NCBI GenBank assembly: GCA_048886685.1
Contig: JBHLKM010000001.1
Location: 256,001 to 320,000, forward strand
Direction: 5' to 3'
DNA length: 64,000 nucleotides
From: Candidatus Hodarchaeota archaeon
Lineage (GTDB): Archaea; Asgardarchaeota; Lokiarchaeia; Sigyniarchaeales; SOKP01
Made by a program: the position numbers and the translations under genes. Of the stretch, positions 21,715 through 31,816 are shown in pieces. The notes below the pieces were generated by a model, which made no database searches, had not been told where the DNA came from, and saw only the letters and a program-made list of their open reading frames with translations. The first letter of the stretch is position 1, and each line of letters starts with the position of its first letter.

Positions 21715-21816
21715 TAGCCCGGCACGGAATTTCAATTAACAAGCATACTTGTTAATATTCGAACCGTGGTCGCGGGGTTCAAAGCCCCAAATGCTTGGCC
21801 ACTACACCACCGGGCT
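21715..21816 (-). tRNA. tRNA-Gln(UUG) with a 29-nt intron in the T-loop (position 59/60)
   Basis: Acceptor AGCCCGG/CCGGGCT+A (A1-U72 pair typical of archaeal tRNA-Gln); anticodon arm TGGGG-CTTTGAA-CCCCG; T arm CACGG-TTCGAA[intron]T-CCGTG. 73 nt after intron removal; CCA not encoded. Confidence 0.96.
21729..21757 (-). other. Bulge-helix-bulge tRNA intron (29 nt)
   Basis: TATTAACAAGTATGCTTGTTAATTGAAAT. Central helix TTCG/TGAA, 3-nt bulges AAT and ATT, inner 9-bp stem ATTAACAAG/CTTGTTAAT, outer helix = T stem. Confidence 0.93.
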
Positions 21817-21822
21817 CTTATT

Positions 21823-22446
21823 TTATAAATTAAATGGTTTTAGGTTTTGATTAAAAAATTCTTCATCTAATAAATTTTTATGGATTTTAAGGAAATCCAT
21901 TTCTTTTTTTTTATCTCTAAATTGATCTGGGAGCATTTGTGGTATAGTGTCAATTATTGGATACCAACGCTTACATTTATCACAAAATAATAAGCCAGAT
22001 TCAATTTCCGTTTCTACTTTGAGTTTATTTAAAAAATATATTTCAGGAAAGATATTTTCAACATTGTTAAAATTATTTTTCTTTTCAAATTCTGTAATTT
22101 TATATTTGATTTCTTTCTTTATTATGTTAAAACTTTTTTTACTGTAAGTATTTTCTGTTTTGTCAAAGATATTATCTAGTTCATTAATACTTGAAATAAT
22201 CATTCCAAGATAAGTCTTTAAAGGAGTTTTTTCAATTGTAATATTATCCTTTATCAGAAAGAAATCTTTTTCTTGAGAAACTTCAATTAGTTTCTCCTCT
22301 TTTATGGAGATCAGATCTCTCTTTTCATATATATCAATAAATCCTTGAAATTCTTCAGATTTAGTCTCAAAAGAAAAAATATATAATTTTAATGGAAAAT
22401 ATTTATCAATAGGACATGCCAATATATCAAATAACCATGGCTTCAT
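21823..22446 (-). CDS. trm112: Trm112-family methyltransferase activator with a long central insertion
   Basis: N-terminal MKPWLFDILACPIDK and C-terminal IESGLLFCDKCKRWYPIIDTIPQML. Confidence 0.82.
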   Translation of the reverse strand: MKPWLFDILACPIDKYFPLKLYIFSFETKSEEFQGFIDIYEKRDLISIKEEKLIEVSQEKDFFLIKDNITIEKTPLKTYLGMIISSINELDNIFDKTENTYSKKSFNIIKKEIKYKITEFEKKNNFNNVENIFPEIYFLNKLKVETEIESGLLFCDKCKRWYPIIDTIPQMLPDQFRDKKKEMDFLKIHKNLLDEEFFNQNLKPFNL

Positions 22447-22469
22447 AAATTTTTACCAAAGAAAGTTAA

Positions 22470-24314
22470 TTATAGGAGATAACTTCTTAATTGTTGAATT
22501 AATTTATCGATAGTTCTTTCGATTCTTCTTCTTCTTTTCATGAAATCTTCAGACAGTTTAAGATAAGCTGCTCTAGAAGGCAATCTACCTCTTTTATATC
22601 GAGATTCTAAAAGATTTAAGCTATCTTTAACACTAATTCGCTCTGCTTCAAGAAGATCTAATCTTTTTATAACATTTTCAAAAGTGATATTTGTTTCTAG
22701 TAAAATATTCTTAAAAGGATTTATTTCTCGTTGTATTTCCTCTATTTTTGATGTATTTTTATCCAAAATATTTTTATAATTCTTTTTCGCCATTTTCTTT
22801 CTTCTTGAGTCTTCTTCTGCTTTTTGGATTTCTAAGATTAAAGCAATTTTTTCTTCATATAAGGAACAAAATTCGCGAATTTCATTAACTGGTATAAATT
22901 CTCTTTTTAAAATCATTGTATCACGCTCTTTTTTCCTTGTTTTAACAGTTAAAACGTAAATTGATGCAATAAAAGATATTAAAAGCATGATAATTATAGG
23001 TCTTAGAAGCAAGTCGAAAACGTCAATTGTAAATGTAAATTGTATTACCATACTTTCAGAAGGTGAAATAAAATCAGATTTAAAAACAAGTACTGTAGTT
23101 CCCTGATTTTTTTTGATAGCATCTGGATATTGAGAAATTGAATCAACATTATAGCAACCATCAATTATCACGTTAATAGTCTGATCTCTTCCCAAATAGT
23201 CATATATAGTAGTTAATAAATCAATTTGAATTGATTCTTGGAACCAATTTAATGAAACGTAATTTTCAAAGGGTAAATTATATTCAACCTTGAAATTAAA
23301 TATTGAATTAGGATATATATTAAAACGATTTTTAACTATAAGTTCTTTATACTTTGAAGTTCCTGGGATCTCATTTACTTCAGTTAATAATTCTCCTAAA
23401 TCATCTGATATATAGAGATTTGAGGCATGTTGAGGAATTTTCAATGAAACTGTATAAAAACTGATTTCTCCAAGATTTTCTATTGAGAACTTTTCCCTAA
23501 CTTTTATTATTCCCCATGGTGAGATATAAATATCACGTTTTATCTCTTTCATCTCTGCTTTAGTTTTTTCCTTGTTAGTAATAGATATTTGAATTACCAT
23601 TTTATCATCTAAATTTTCTAAGAAAGGAGTTATATAAGTAATTCCAAGTATATTACGGAGATCTTCAAAAGTATATAAAAGTGTATTAACTCCGCCAATA
23701 GGCTTTCCCCATTCTCCCTCTATACTTTCAGCGTCCTCAGAAGCCCTATAATATGCGATTATATCGCCTTGTTGCTTATAGGGCAGAACTGGATAAACGG
23801 TAGACAAAAATTCTACCTTTTGATCCTCTAGCAATGTGTAAATAATTATGTTATTGTAGACATAGCTAAATACAATAGTACTTGTTTGATGTGGTAAGAG
23901 TGGTGAATTAAAATATATGACCATCATTTCAAATCCATTCATTATGATACTAGAACGCTCAGCTAATAATGTGTTTCCGCTTATTCCTGTAGCTTTAAAG
24001 AAAATTAAATATTCAGGATTGTATGCCGGAAGTCCAAAAAATATTGAGGAGATTGGATAATTATTTAAATTTTTAATTTCTATTGAGTCTTCAAAAATTA
24101 CTAAACCATAATTTTTTATATTAACTTCTCTATTAACTTTTGTAACTATAACATTTTCTATTCCTTCCACGCTAGCCGATACTTCTGGAATTTTAGTGGT
24201 ATCATTATTATAATCTATGTATTTTATATCTGAATCCGTTATTATATATGAGAAAACTACTATAACTAGTAAAAAACTTGTTAAAAGTAAAAATAATTTC
24301 TCTCTCTTTGTCAT
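22470..24314 (-). CDS. Ribophorin I (OST1)-like oligosaccharyltransferase subunit
   Basis: Signal/anchor helix, beta-rich lumenal region with EIKRDIYISPWGIIKVREKFSIEN and DDLGEL, single TM, then a cytoplasmic coiled coil. Confidence 0.72.
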   Translation of the reverse strand: MTKREKLFLLLTSFLLVIVVFSYIITDSDIKYIDYNNDTTKIPEVSASVEGIENVIVTKVNREVNIKNYGLVIFEDSIEIKNLNNYPISSIFFGLPAYNPEYLIFFKATGISGNTLLAERSSIIMNGFEMMVIYFNSPLLPHQTSTIVFSYVYNNIIIYTLLEDQKVEFLSTVYPVLPYKQQGDIIAYYRASEDAESIEGEWGKPIGGVNTLLYTFEDLRNILGITYITPFLENLDDKMVIQISITNKEKTKAEMKEIKRDIYISPWGIIKVREKFSIENLGEISFYTVSLKIPQHASNLYISDDLGELLTEVNEIPGTSKYKELIVKNRFNIYPNSIFNFKVEYNLPFENYVSLNWFQESIQIDLLTTIYDYLGRDQTINVIIDGCYNVDSISQYPDAIKKNQGTTVLVFKSDFISPSESMVIQFTFTIDVFDLLLRPIIIMLLISFIASIYVLTVKTRKKERDTMILKREFIPVNEIREFCSLYEEKIALILEIQKAEEDSRRKKMAKKNYKNILDKNTSKIEEIQREINPFKNILLETNITFENVIKRLDLLEAERISVKDSLNLLESRYKRGRLPSRAAYLKLSEDFMKRRRRIERTIDKLIQQLRSYLL

Positions 24315-24470
24315 ATCTTTATCTTTTCTTTTCTTAAATTATCTAAAAATAATGAAGAACGATTATAAAAATTTATTAAAAATTAATTTTTAAACATTGG
24401 GATAAAATTTTATATTTTTCTCGCTATTAATATGCATTATAATACTAAAAAAATTTTGATGATAAACATC

Positions 24471-24692
24471 ATGTCAACTCGTCGTACTCAATCAAAACGC
24501 AAGAAAAGAAGAAGCGGCAGTGCTCCAATGCCTATGGGAGGAGCAGGATTAATGAGATTTTTTGAAGATAGTTCAATTGGTATCAAAGTGGGACCAATAA
24601 GTACAATTATTTTATCTATTGCTTTAATATTGTTAGTGATCTTAGCACACATGAAAATTTTCGACTGGCTTTTTACACCCGGTGGAGGGTAA
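24471..24692 (+). CDS. sec61b: Preprotein translocase subunit Sec61beta
   Basis: Basic N-terminus, GAGLMRFFED..IKVGP and one C-terminal TM ending in LAH. Likely start at 24471. Confidence 0.9.
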   Translation: MSTRRTQSKRKKRRSGSAPMPMGGAGLMRFFEDSSIGIKVGPISTIILSIALILLVILAHMKIFDWLFTPGGG

Positions 24693-24738
24693 TCAGAATA
24701 TTTAATTACAAATTTATTTAATTTCTTACTCATCTTAA

Positions 24739-25044
24739 ATGAAACTATCAGAATTTCAGAAGTTGATTAAAAAACTTTATTTTGAACAGGATCAAACAAG
24801 AGGGATAAAAAACACTTTCATTTGGTTAATGGAAGAAATTGGGGAATTAGCACATATTTTAAAGAATCAAGAGATTGATACTAATAAGGTATCAGAAGAA
24901 CTAGCAGACATTTTTGCTTGGTCAACATCCTTAGCAAATTTATTAGATATTAATCTTGAAGATGCGTTGTTTAAAAAATATCCTAATATGTGTATAAAGT
25001 GCAAATCCAATCCATGTATTTGCTGGAAACAAAAATCACCTTAA
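24739..25044 (+). CDS. MazG-like nucleotide pyrophosphohydrolase
   Basis: WLMEEIGELA, EELADIFAW and C-terminal CIKCKSNPCIC. Confidence 0.88.
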   Translation: MKLSEFQKLIKKLYFEQDQTRGIKNTFIWLMEEIGELAHILKNQEIDTNKVSEELADIFAWSTSLANLLDINLEDALFKKYPNMCIKCKSNPCICWKQKSP

Positions 25045-25158
25045 TGTAAGGTCAATAGAAAAAATTTTTAGAAAATCCTATAAACCGTCAAAATTTCTAA
25101 AAATTATTCTAAACTTTTATGAAAAACAAATAATTCTTCTATATTTTTGGAATAAAAA

Positions 25159-26268
25159 ATGAGTCTTACAGAGAAGAAAATTTGGATAGATATTGAGCAA
25201 CCAAAAACTGCTATTATGTTTCCTTCTTTAATTAAGAGATTTGAAAATGAAAAATTTGATCTCTTAATAACAGCAAGAGATTATGATTCAACTTATCAAA
25301 TTTTAGAGGATTCTGGTACAAAATTTAAGAGGGTTGGCAAGCACGGTGGGGAAAAATTAGAGAATAAATTAGAAACTTATATTAATCGATTGAAGGGACT
25401 TTATCCTTTAGTTAAAACATTTTCACCAGATTATTTTGTTACTTTTTTATCGATTGAAGGTACAAGAATAGCTTATGGTTTACAAATCCCCTCAATTGGA
25501 ATTAATGATGAACCACGTAATAAACCTGTTTGCAAATTAGTTCATCCCTTCTTGGATAACATCATAACTCCTGAATGTATTCCTATAGAAAATTATATTA
25601 ATCTCCACGCTGATCCAAAAAAAATTATCCGATACCATGGTTTAGATGAAATTGCGTGGCTTTCAGAATATAAACCCGATCCAAATGTACTTGATAAGTT
25701 TGATTTGGAAAAAGGAAACTACGTTTTGATAAGAAGTGAACCGTCCTATGCTAGTTATTTTATTGATAAACTTAAACCCCACGAAACATTGATAAGCAAA
25801 TTTCTCCCATCAATCTATAAGCAATTCCCTGACCATAAATATCTTCTCTTAGTTCGATCAGAAAAGCAAGAAAGATTTCTCTTAAAAGAATTAAAAGAAT
25901 TTAGGAAAGATGAAAATATTGTAATAACTCAATATTTATCTAATATTGTCGACTTATGTTTCTATGGTGCCTTAGTTATAAGTGGTGGTGGAACCATTGT
26001 AAGGGAATCAAGCCTTTTGAATGTTCCTAGCATAGAGTTTTTTCCAGGGGAATCTGCACCTCAAGAGAAGTTTTTAATTAAGAATGGGTTTCCACTACAA
26101 CATATAAAAAAAACTGATAAGTTGATAGAAAGTGTGTTAGATATTTTATCTCATGGACCTTTACCAAATAGGTTTAAAGAGAGTTCATTTAAAGAGAAAA
26201 TTAGTCAGTTTGAAAATCCTATAGACATTTGCTTTAATTTTGTCAAGAATAAACTAATAAATATTTAA
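25159..26268 (+). CDS. DUF354-family putative glycosyltransferase (GT-B fold)
   Basis: KIWIDI, LITARDY, VGKHGG, R.EP..ASY and SGGGTIVRESSLLNVPSI. Confidence 0.82.
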   Translation: MSLTEKKIWIDIEQPKTAIMFPSLIKRFENEKFDLLITARDYDSTYQILEDSGTKFKRVGKHGGEKLENKLETYINRLKGLYPLVKTFSPDYFVTFLSIEGTRIAYGLQIPSIGINDEPRNKPVCKLVHPFLDNIITPECIPIENYINLHADPKKIIRYHGLDEIAWLSEYKPDPNVLDKFDLEKGNYVLIRSEPSYASYFIDKLKPHETLISKFLPSIYKQFPDHKYLLLVRSEKQERFLLKELKEFRKDENIVITQYLSNIVDLCFYGALVISGGGTIVRESSLLNVPSIEFFPGESAPQEKFLIKNGFPLQHIKKTDKLIESVLDILSHGPLPNRFKESSFKEKISQFENPIDICFNFVKNKLINI

Positions 26269-26292
26269 ATAAAAACCGGAGATATCAGGTTT

Positions 26293-27402
26293 TTATCCGT
26301 GCAAAAATTTATAATATGTATTTTCAAGTTTTTGCCCTACTGAATCCCATGAATATCTTTTTATAAATTTTTGAGCTTTTTCTATTAGTGCTTCTCTTTT
26401 TGAATCATTTTTCAATAAACTAACAATTTCTTCAGCTAATTTTTTGGAATTCCTTGGAGGTACAAAGATAGCATTATCTTGTAAGACTTCCTTATAAGCT
26501 ATCATAGATGAGCAAATTACAGGAGTTCCACACGCAATTGCTTCGATTGGAGTTAAACCAAATCCTTCTGAAGCATAAGAATAGGTTACAAAAATATCTC
26601 CCATTGAATAATAAATTGGAATTTCTTTTTCAGATACAAATCCTACAAAATGAATATCTTTGTATTTTTTTTTCCATTCCTGGTAGATCTTTTCCATATA
26701 AAAATCCGGTTTTCCTCCCATTACTAAATTGAGGTTTGGAATCTCTCTTTTAGCAATCTTATAAGCCTTTATAATATCATCAACCCCTTTATATTTAGCT
26801 ATTCGCCCTATATATAAAATTATTGGGCCATCGATTTGCAATTGCTGTTTTAATTTTTTTGCTTCTACTGGATATGGTTTATATTTATCTTCTATTGCTG
26901 AATAGAGGTTAGTGATGGCATTAATATCGACTTTTGGAATGTAATATTTAATCTCTTTTCTTATAAATTCAGAACAAGTTGTAATATGTGTTGATCTCTC
27001 AACAGCAATTTTAATCATAAATTTTTCAATTGGAATCCTTGTAAAGCTAGTTTCAAATGGTCCTAAATCATGAATTGTTGATATAAATCGTTTTTGATTT
27101 GATAATATAATTGGTAATACTCCTTTTGGACTATTTCCATGTATAACATCAAATTTTTGTGTTCTTAGGTATTTGATTGTGCTAAGATTAAATTGAGGAA
27201 ACCATAAAAATCGTTTTCTAATTAAATCTAGCTGAACGATATTAGGATCTGAGAGTTCAAGGTTCCACTTTCCTGTTATAACTTTAACATTATGACCTTG
27301 ATTTTTTAAGTAATTATAGATTCCGTTGAAGAATTTTGCTGCCCCATCTTGAGTATCCGGGGCAAATGTTAAAGAAACAAGACAGATATTTAACCGTTCC
27401 AT
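26293..27402 (-). CDS. GT4-family glycosyltransferase
   Basis: TIHDL, ILYIGRIAKYKG, EGFGLTPIEAIACGTPVI and YSWD. Confidence 0.9.
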   Translation of the reverse strand: MERLNICLVSLTFAPDTQDGAAKFFNGIYNYLKNQGHNVKVITGKWNLELSDPNIVQLDLIRKRFLWFPQFNLSTIKYLRTQKFDVIHGNSPKGVLPIILSNQKRFISTIHDLGPFETSFTRIPIEKFMIKIAVERSTHITTCSEFIRKEIKYYIPKVDINAITNLYSAIEDKYKPYPVEAKKLKQQLQIDGPIILYIGRIAKYKGVDDIIKAYKIAKREIPNLNLVMGGKPDFYMEKIYQEWKKKYKDIHFVGFVSEKEIPIYYSMGDIFVTYSYASEGFGLTPIEAIACGTPVICSSMIAYKEVLQDNAIFVPPRNSKKLAEEIVSLLKNDSKREALIEKAQKFIKRYSWDSVGQKLENTYYKFLHG

Positions 27403-27445
27403 AATTAATTTAAAAAATTTATATTTACTAAAAGATCGAATATTA

Positions 27446-28423
27446 TTAAGTTAGTTGTTCATATCCATTTTCCGTAACTATTATTGTTTCCTCCGATTGA
27501 GCTACGAACACTCCTTTCTTTTCTGCTAATACAAAATGAGCCTGCAATTTTCCTTGTTGGACTAACTCTTGAAGTCCAAATGCTACACCCATTCTAAATT
27601 CTTTAGCTAACCATCTTTCGGCAAATGGTAATGTTTTATAATTTTTATTCACATAACCTAATAGTTGCTTGGAAGCCTTTCTACGTAATGGAACTCTTCC
27701 AGAATATGGATTCAACTCATATATATGTGAATATTGTGTATTATGAACTGATCCTTCACCTGTACTTGCGAATATTTCTATTGAGAAGACTTCACCTTCC
27801 TCCATAATATCTCCTCCTTGAGAACCCAATTCAGGTAATTGTTTTTTTCCATGAACAGTCCACCTCTCAATTTGATGCCCACCAAGCTCCTTTATTGGGT
27901 TATATTTAAATCCCCTCACAATATCTTCAATTTTTTTACCCAAATCTTTTGTATTTACCTTTGGTTTTACCATCATTTTTGCCCCATTAAGAGCAACCTC
28001 TGTAGCTTGGATAATATTTTCAAGAGATTCATCTTCATTGAAATTAACCGTAAATGCAGTATCTACAATGTACCCTTCTACATGTACTCCTAAATCAATT
28101 TTCACCAAATCCCCTTCACTAATTATTAAATTATCATCTTTTAAGGGGGAAGTGTAATGAGCGGCTATATTATTTATACATAAGTTTACTGGAAATGCAC
28201 ACAACCCTCCTAGTTCTTCAATTTTTACCTCAGTCATAGAAACAATTTCCAATGCACTTGTTCCAAGTTTGATTTTTGGTTTAATATACTCCTTAACTTC
28301 TTTAGCTATTTTTCCCGCCTTTCTAAGAGATTCATTTTTAATTCTTTCTTCTTCTTCTTTTTCTAACTCTTCCTTGCTCTTTTCTTCTTGAGTTTCATTA
28401 TTTGACTTTTGATTCTCGGTCAT
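27446..28423 (-). CDS. map: Methionine aminopeptidase type II
   Basis: AFPVNL..NNIAAHYT, KIDLGVHVEGYIVDTAFT, GGHQI, EIFASTG, LPFAERW and AQSEET. Confidence 0.93.
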   Translation of the reverse strand: MTENQKSNNETQEEKSKEELEKEEEERIKNESLRKAGKIAKEVKEYIKPKIKLGTSALEIVSMTEVKIEELGGLCAFPVNLCINNIAAHYTSPLKDDNLIISEGDLVKIDLGVHVEGYIVDTAFTVNFNEDESLENIIQATEVALNGAKMMVKPKVNTKDLGKKIEDIVRGFKYNPIKELGGHQIERWTVHGKKQLPELGSQGGDIMEEGEVFSIEIFASTGEGSVHNTQYSHIYELNPYSGRVPLRRKASKQLLGYVNKNYKTLPFAERWLAKEFRMGVAFGLQELVQQGKLQAHFVLAEKKGVFVAQSEETIIVTENGYEQLT

Positions 28424-28582
28424 TAAAATTACTAATGTGGATTTTGATAAAAATATTTTTTAAATAAGTATTAACTTTAATATTAAAGTTAACATTAAAA
28501 TTGGATCAAAAATAAAAATAGTTTTATAATATAATTTTATTATTAGAATATTATATATCTACTTATTCATGTTGATTTATCT

Positions 28583-28954
28583 TTGAGTGAAAATATCGCT
28601 GAACTCACTGACTTATTACGCCAAATGGAAGCTGTAAATCCTGATATTCAGGGCTCAGCTATCGTGAGTGTTCAAGGGCTTCCAATATGTTCTGCGCTTG
28701 CAAGGGATGTAAATGATGGCATAGTTTCAGCGATGAGTGCTGCTATTTTAAGCGTCTCTGAACGCGCTGTAGAAGAGCTTGCTAGAGGAGATTTAAAGCG
28801 GATACTAATAGAGGGTTTAGATGGCATTATAATATTATCTAAAGCCGGGGAAAACGCTATTTTATGCACTCTCGCGAAAAGCGACGCTTCTTTAGGCATG
28901 GTTTTCCTAAATATTCAAAGTGTCTCAAATAAAATTGCTGATTTATTAGATTAA
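28583..28954 (+). CDS. Roadblock/LC7 domain protein
   Basis: GSAIVSVQGLPI.S, SAMSAAILSVSERAVEEL.RG.L and LGMVFL. TTG start. Confidence 0.9.
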   Translation: MSENIAELTDLLRQMEAVNPDIQGSAIVSVQGLPICSALARDVNDGIVSAMSAAILSVSERAVEELARGDLKRILIEGLDGIIILSKAGENAILCTLAKSDASLGMVFLNIQSVSNKIADLLD

Positions 28955-28984
28955 ATTCTAAATTATTTCCTACTTGTTCATTTT

Positions 28985-30340
28985 ATGAAGCGTTCAGATG
29001 AATTGTATGAGCGTGAAGAAAAATATTACAATCAATTAGCTCAATGTTTAGAGAGTGGTAATTTAATCCATTTTACAAAGTTATTAAATGACTCTATTGA
29101 TAAAGATATCTTTATTGACGTAAGCAAAATTCCTAAAAGATTTGAATTAATTTCTCAATTGCTTTTAGGTTGCGTTGAAAGAGTTTCAGCGGGTAATATC
29201 TCAGAATTAGGAAAGCAAATTGACATTTTAAGATTTTGTAATGAAAATGGTTTGTTGGAGAAAGAATTAACTGAATATGAGCAGAATTCAGTCAAAAAAA
29301 TCAAAAAAGAAAAATTATTTATAGCCAACTTAATTGATTTGTTTGGTAGAATCACAGATTCTTTTATTTCTTACATTTACTTAGGATTACCTCGAGATCT
29401 CTACAACTATTTTATGAGAAGACAAAATTTCACTGATAGAGAGGAATTTTTGTACTATATAAAGAATTATTTTTTCAATAACTATAGTATATATGGACTT
29501 GTTGTCAAAAATTTAGGTTCCATTAAACATTTCATTGATACATTTAATAAGTATTATGAACTGAACCCAGCTGAAAATAATGAGAAATTTATTGAATTTA
29601 GTATTATCTATCGAACATTTTTTTTTGGTGATGAGGAAGAACATGAATATCGTAATGTTAAAAAACATCTTGTTTCCCCAGAAAATATTTTAAAAAATGT
29701 AGAAAATATCTTAGCAAAAAATAATTATAACTTTTATAGTCTCTCTATGGTTCTTCTAGGGGGATTAGGGCCACAAGGCTTAGGTTTTACTTATTCCACT
29801 CCTAAAGGTGAAATTATTGAAATTTGTTCAGATCAGAAAGAAACTGAAGCAATTATTATAGAATTCAAACAATTTCAGAAAAGAAAATTTCTTAGTAAGT
29901 TAGAAAAAGAACTGACTAACCTTGAAATTTACATCAATAATAAAGACGCTATAATCAATTATTTATCAGATATTCTAGATCCTAATAAATTAGTTAATTA
30001 CCATCATAAGGATTTAATTTTAGGAAATATCAAGAAATATTTGTATCAATTTGATGAATTTCGGCATCAAAATAGACCTGATTTAGAAAATCTATTGATA
30101 AAAATATCTCATGCTATTTCAATAATACTTAGAACAATTAAGCTAAAGGATCAATTCATTACTCGTATGGATTTAGTTTCACAAGACAAAATAAAATCGG
30201 AAGACATCGCAAAGTTAACGAGCCTTAAAGGAAAATCACACTATGATGTTCTACGAGAAAGATTCTTCTTTCAATATATTGTTGATTGGTTTTATCAAAT
30301 ATACCAAGATGAGAAAAGTAAATATAAAAAAGAGTTTTAA
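28985..30340 (+). CDS. Hypothetical protein
   Basis: 451-aa ORF 30 nt downstream of the roadblock gene; motif-like segment GGLGPQGLGFTYSTPKGEIIEICSD. No family recognised. Confidence 0.6.
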   Translation: MKRSDELYEREEKYYNQLAQCLESGNLIHFTKLLNDSIDKDIFIDVSKIPKRFELISQLLLGCVERVSAGNISELGKQIDILRFCNENGLLEKELTEYEQNSVKKIKKEKLFIANLIDLFGRITDSFISYIYLGLPRDLYNYFMRRQNFTDREEFLYYIKNYFFNNYSIYGLVVKNLGSIKHFIDTFNKYYELNPAENNEKFIEFSIIYRTFFFGDEEEHEYRNVKKHLVSPENILKNVENILAKNNYNFYSLSMVLLGGLGPQGLGFTYSTPKGEIIEICSDQKETEAIIIEFKQFQKRKFLSKLEKELTNLEIYINNKDAIINYLSDILDPNKLVNYHHKDLILGNIKKYLYQFDEFRHQNRPDLENLLIKISHAISIILRTIKLKDQFITRMDLVSQDKIKSEDIAKLTSLKGKSHYDVLRERFFFQYIVDWFYQIYQDEKSKYKKEF

Positions 30341-30344
30341 AATT

Positions 30345-31814
30345 CTATTTTCGAATTTCTTCGATTTGATCAAATATATTATCAAATCTCTCCCTTATAG
30401 AACCGTATAAACCTTCTTCTTCAGAGACCACCGAATTGATTGCTGTTTTTAATCCATAATGACTTTCAGAGATCAGAACTCTAATTGGTAATGTAAGGAT
30501 ATCATTTACTATCATCAAGATTTCTTGTATTATGTTAATAACTTGAGGTACTCTTTCACGGGTTTTATCAATTGGTGTAGTCTCGGAGGGAATTAAACCA
30601 TTCTCTCTTTCTTTCTTTAATTCTTCCCAAACATTTTCTTTTAATTCGGAAAACTCAATACCCAAATTTTCAAGAGCCATCTGAGCACCTTCAAATAGAA
30701 AATTTATTGTATCTCTTCCTGTAAATTGTCTTACATTATCGACCATCTCTGGAGGTGCTAAACCCTCCAGAAAATTGACTAATAATTCATTGTAGTCTCG
30801 GATTACATCTAATGGAATAAACAGTAATGTCATTTCTTTTAGTTGTCTAAATATATATCCAAAAACCTTTGCAAACCATTCGTTCTTGAGAGATTTTTCT
30901 AACAAACCACCATACTCATTTAAAAGATGAATCCCTAGATAACCAATAATCTTGATCATATCATCCTCATAATTTCTAAAATAATCAAAAAAATGGTCAG
31001 GTTCCATATTTAATTTATCTCGTATTATATCAGCAACTTTTTCCTTTATGGTTTCTAATGGTTCATCAAGATATTCTTCTAATTTATCAATAGATATAAC
31101 ATCTTGGAGCTTGTCTATAATATCAAGCTTAGTTTCTTGAACTATGTCTTCTTCTAAATCTTCGCCAAAAATTACTTTTAGGGCTTTTCTTTCTTTACTT
31201 CTTAAATCCGTAATTTGTTCCCATTCTTTATAGTCATGGATTTTACAGATAAATTGTAGACATTCTCCCCCTTTGGCGATACAATCTTGCTCGATTATTT
31301 GAATCCGATAATCATTCCTCTTTATTTTTAATATAAAATTAGCGACACTTTCCAGCATTCCACATAACCCACAGGCTAATCCTTCAGTTTCTTTATCTTT
31401 CAATTTATTGAAATCGAATGTATCTTCACTATCTTGACCATGACCGGCACAAATTGGGCACTTACTGATTTTTAATATGTAATCATTATATTTTGAATCT
31501 TCTTTAGGAATTTCTTCATAAGTATAATCGTCTAATTCTCTTCCAAATACTACAACCCAAAGAATTTCGAAATAATCCAAAACTTTTTTAGGAGATCCGG
31601 GCATAAATTTAAAAATGTTAGAATGACGCTCACATGATTCATAAGCAGCTCTTTTTCCAATTTCTCTAAGAATTATAAGACTTTCTTCTTCATTTTTAGT
31701 TACCTCATTGATCTCCTTAAGGATTTCCCTGTAAAGTAATGTGTAGAATAATGCATTAGTAGAACGACCAAAAATTTTCGTAATTTTCTTCATTAACCAT
31801 TGAAAAGCACCCAT
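30345..31814 (-). CDS. V4R/TRAPP(Bet3)-like N-terminal domain with an acidic helical C-terminal region
   Basis: LREIGKRAA, CPIC, CGLCGMLE and EQDCIAKGGECLQF match the V4R Cys pattern. Confidence 0.62.
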   Translation of the reverse strand: MGAFQWLMKKITKIFGRSTNALFYTLLYREILKEINEVTKNEEESLIILREIGKRAAYESCERHSNIFKFMPGSPKKVLDYFEILWVVVFGRELDDYTYEEIPKEDSKYNDYILKISKCPICAGHGQDSEDTFDFNKLKDKETEGLACGLCGMLESVANFILKIKRNDYRIQIIEQDCIAKGGECLQFICKIHDYKEWEQITDLRSKERKALKVIFGEDLEEDIVQETKLDIIDKLQDVISIDKLEEYLDEPLETIKEKVADIIRDKLNMEPDHFFDYFRNYEDDMIKIIGYLGIHLLNEYGGLLEKSLKNEWFAKVFGYIFRQLKEMTLLFIPLDVIRDYNELLVNFLEGLAPPEMVDNVRQFTGRDTINFLFEGAQMALENLGIEFSELKENVWEELKKERENGLIPSETTPIDKTRERVPQVINIIQEILMIVNDILTLPIRVLISESHYGLKTAINSVVSEEEGLYGSIRERFDNIFDQIEEIRK

Positions 31815-31816
31815 TT

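Noticed and set aside
26271-26294. AAAACC...GGTTTT hairpin between convergent genes (similar one at 2303-2325) as a terminator
   Set aside because: The stems are short and imperfect, and archaeal termination mostly relies on U-tracts, so support is too weak.
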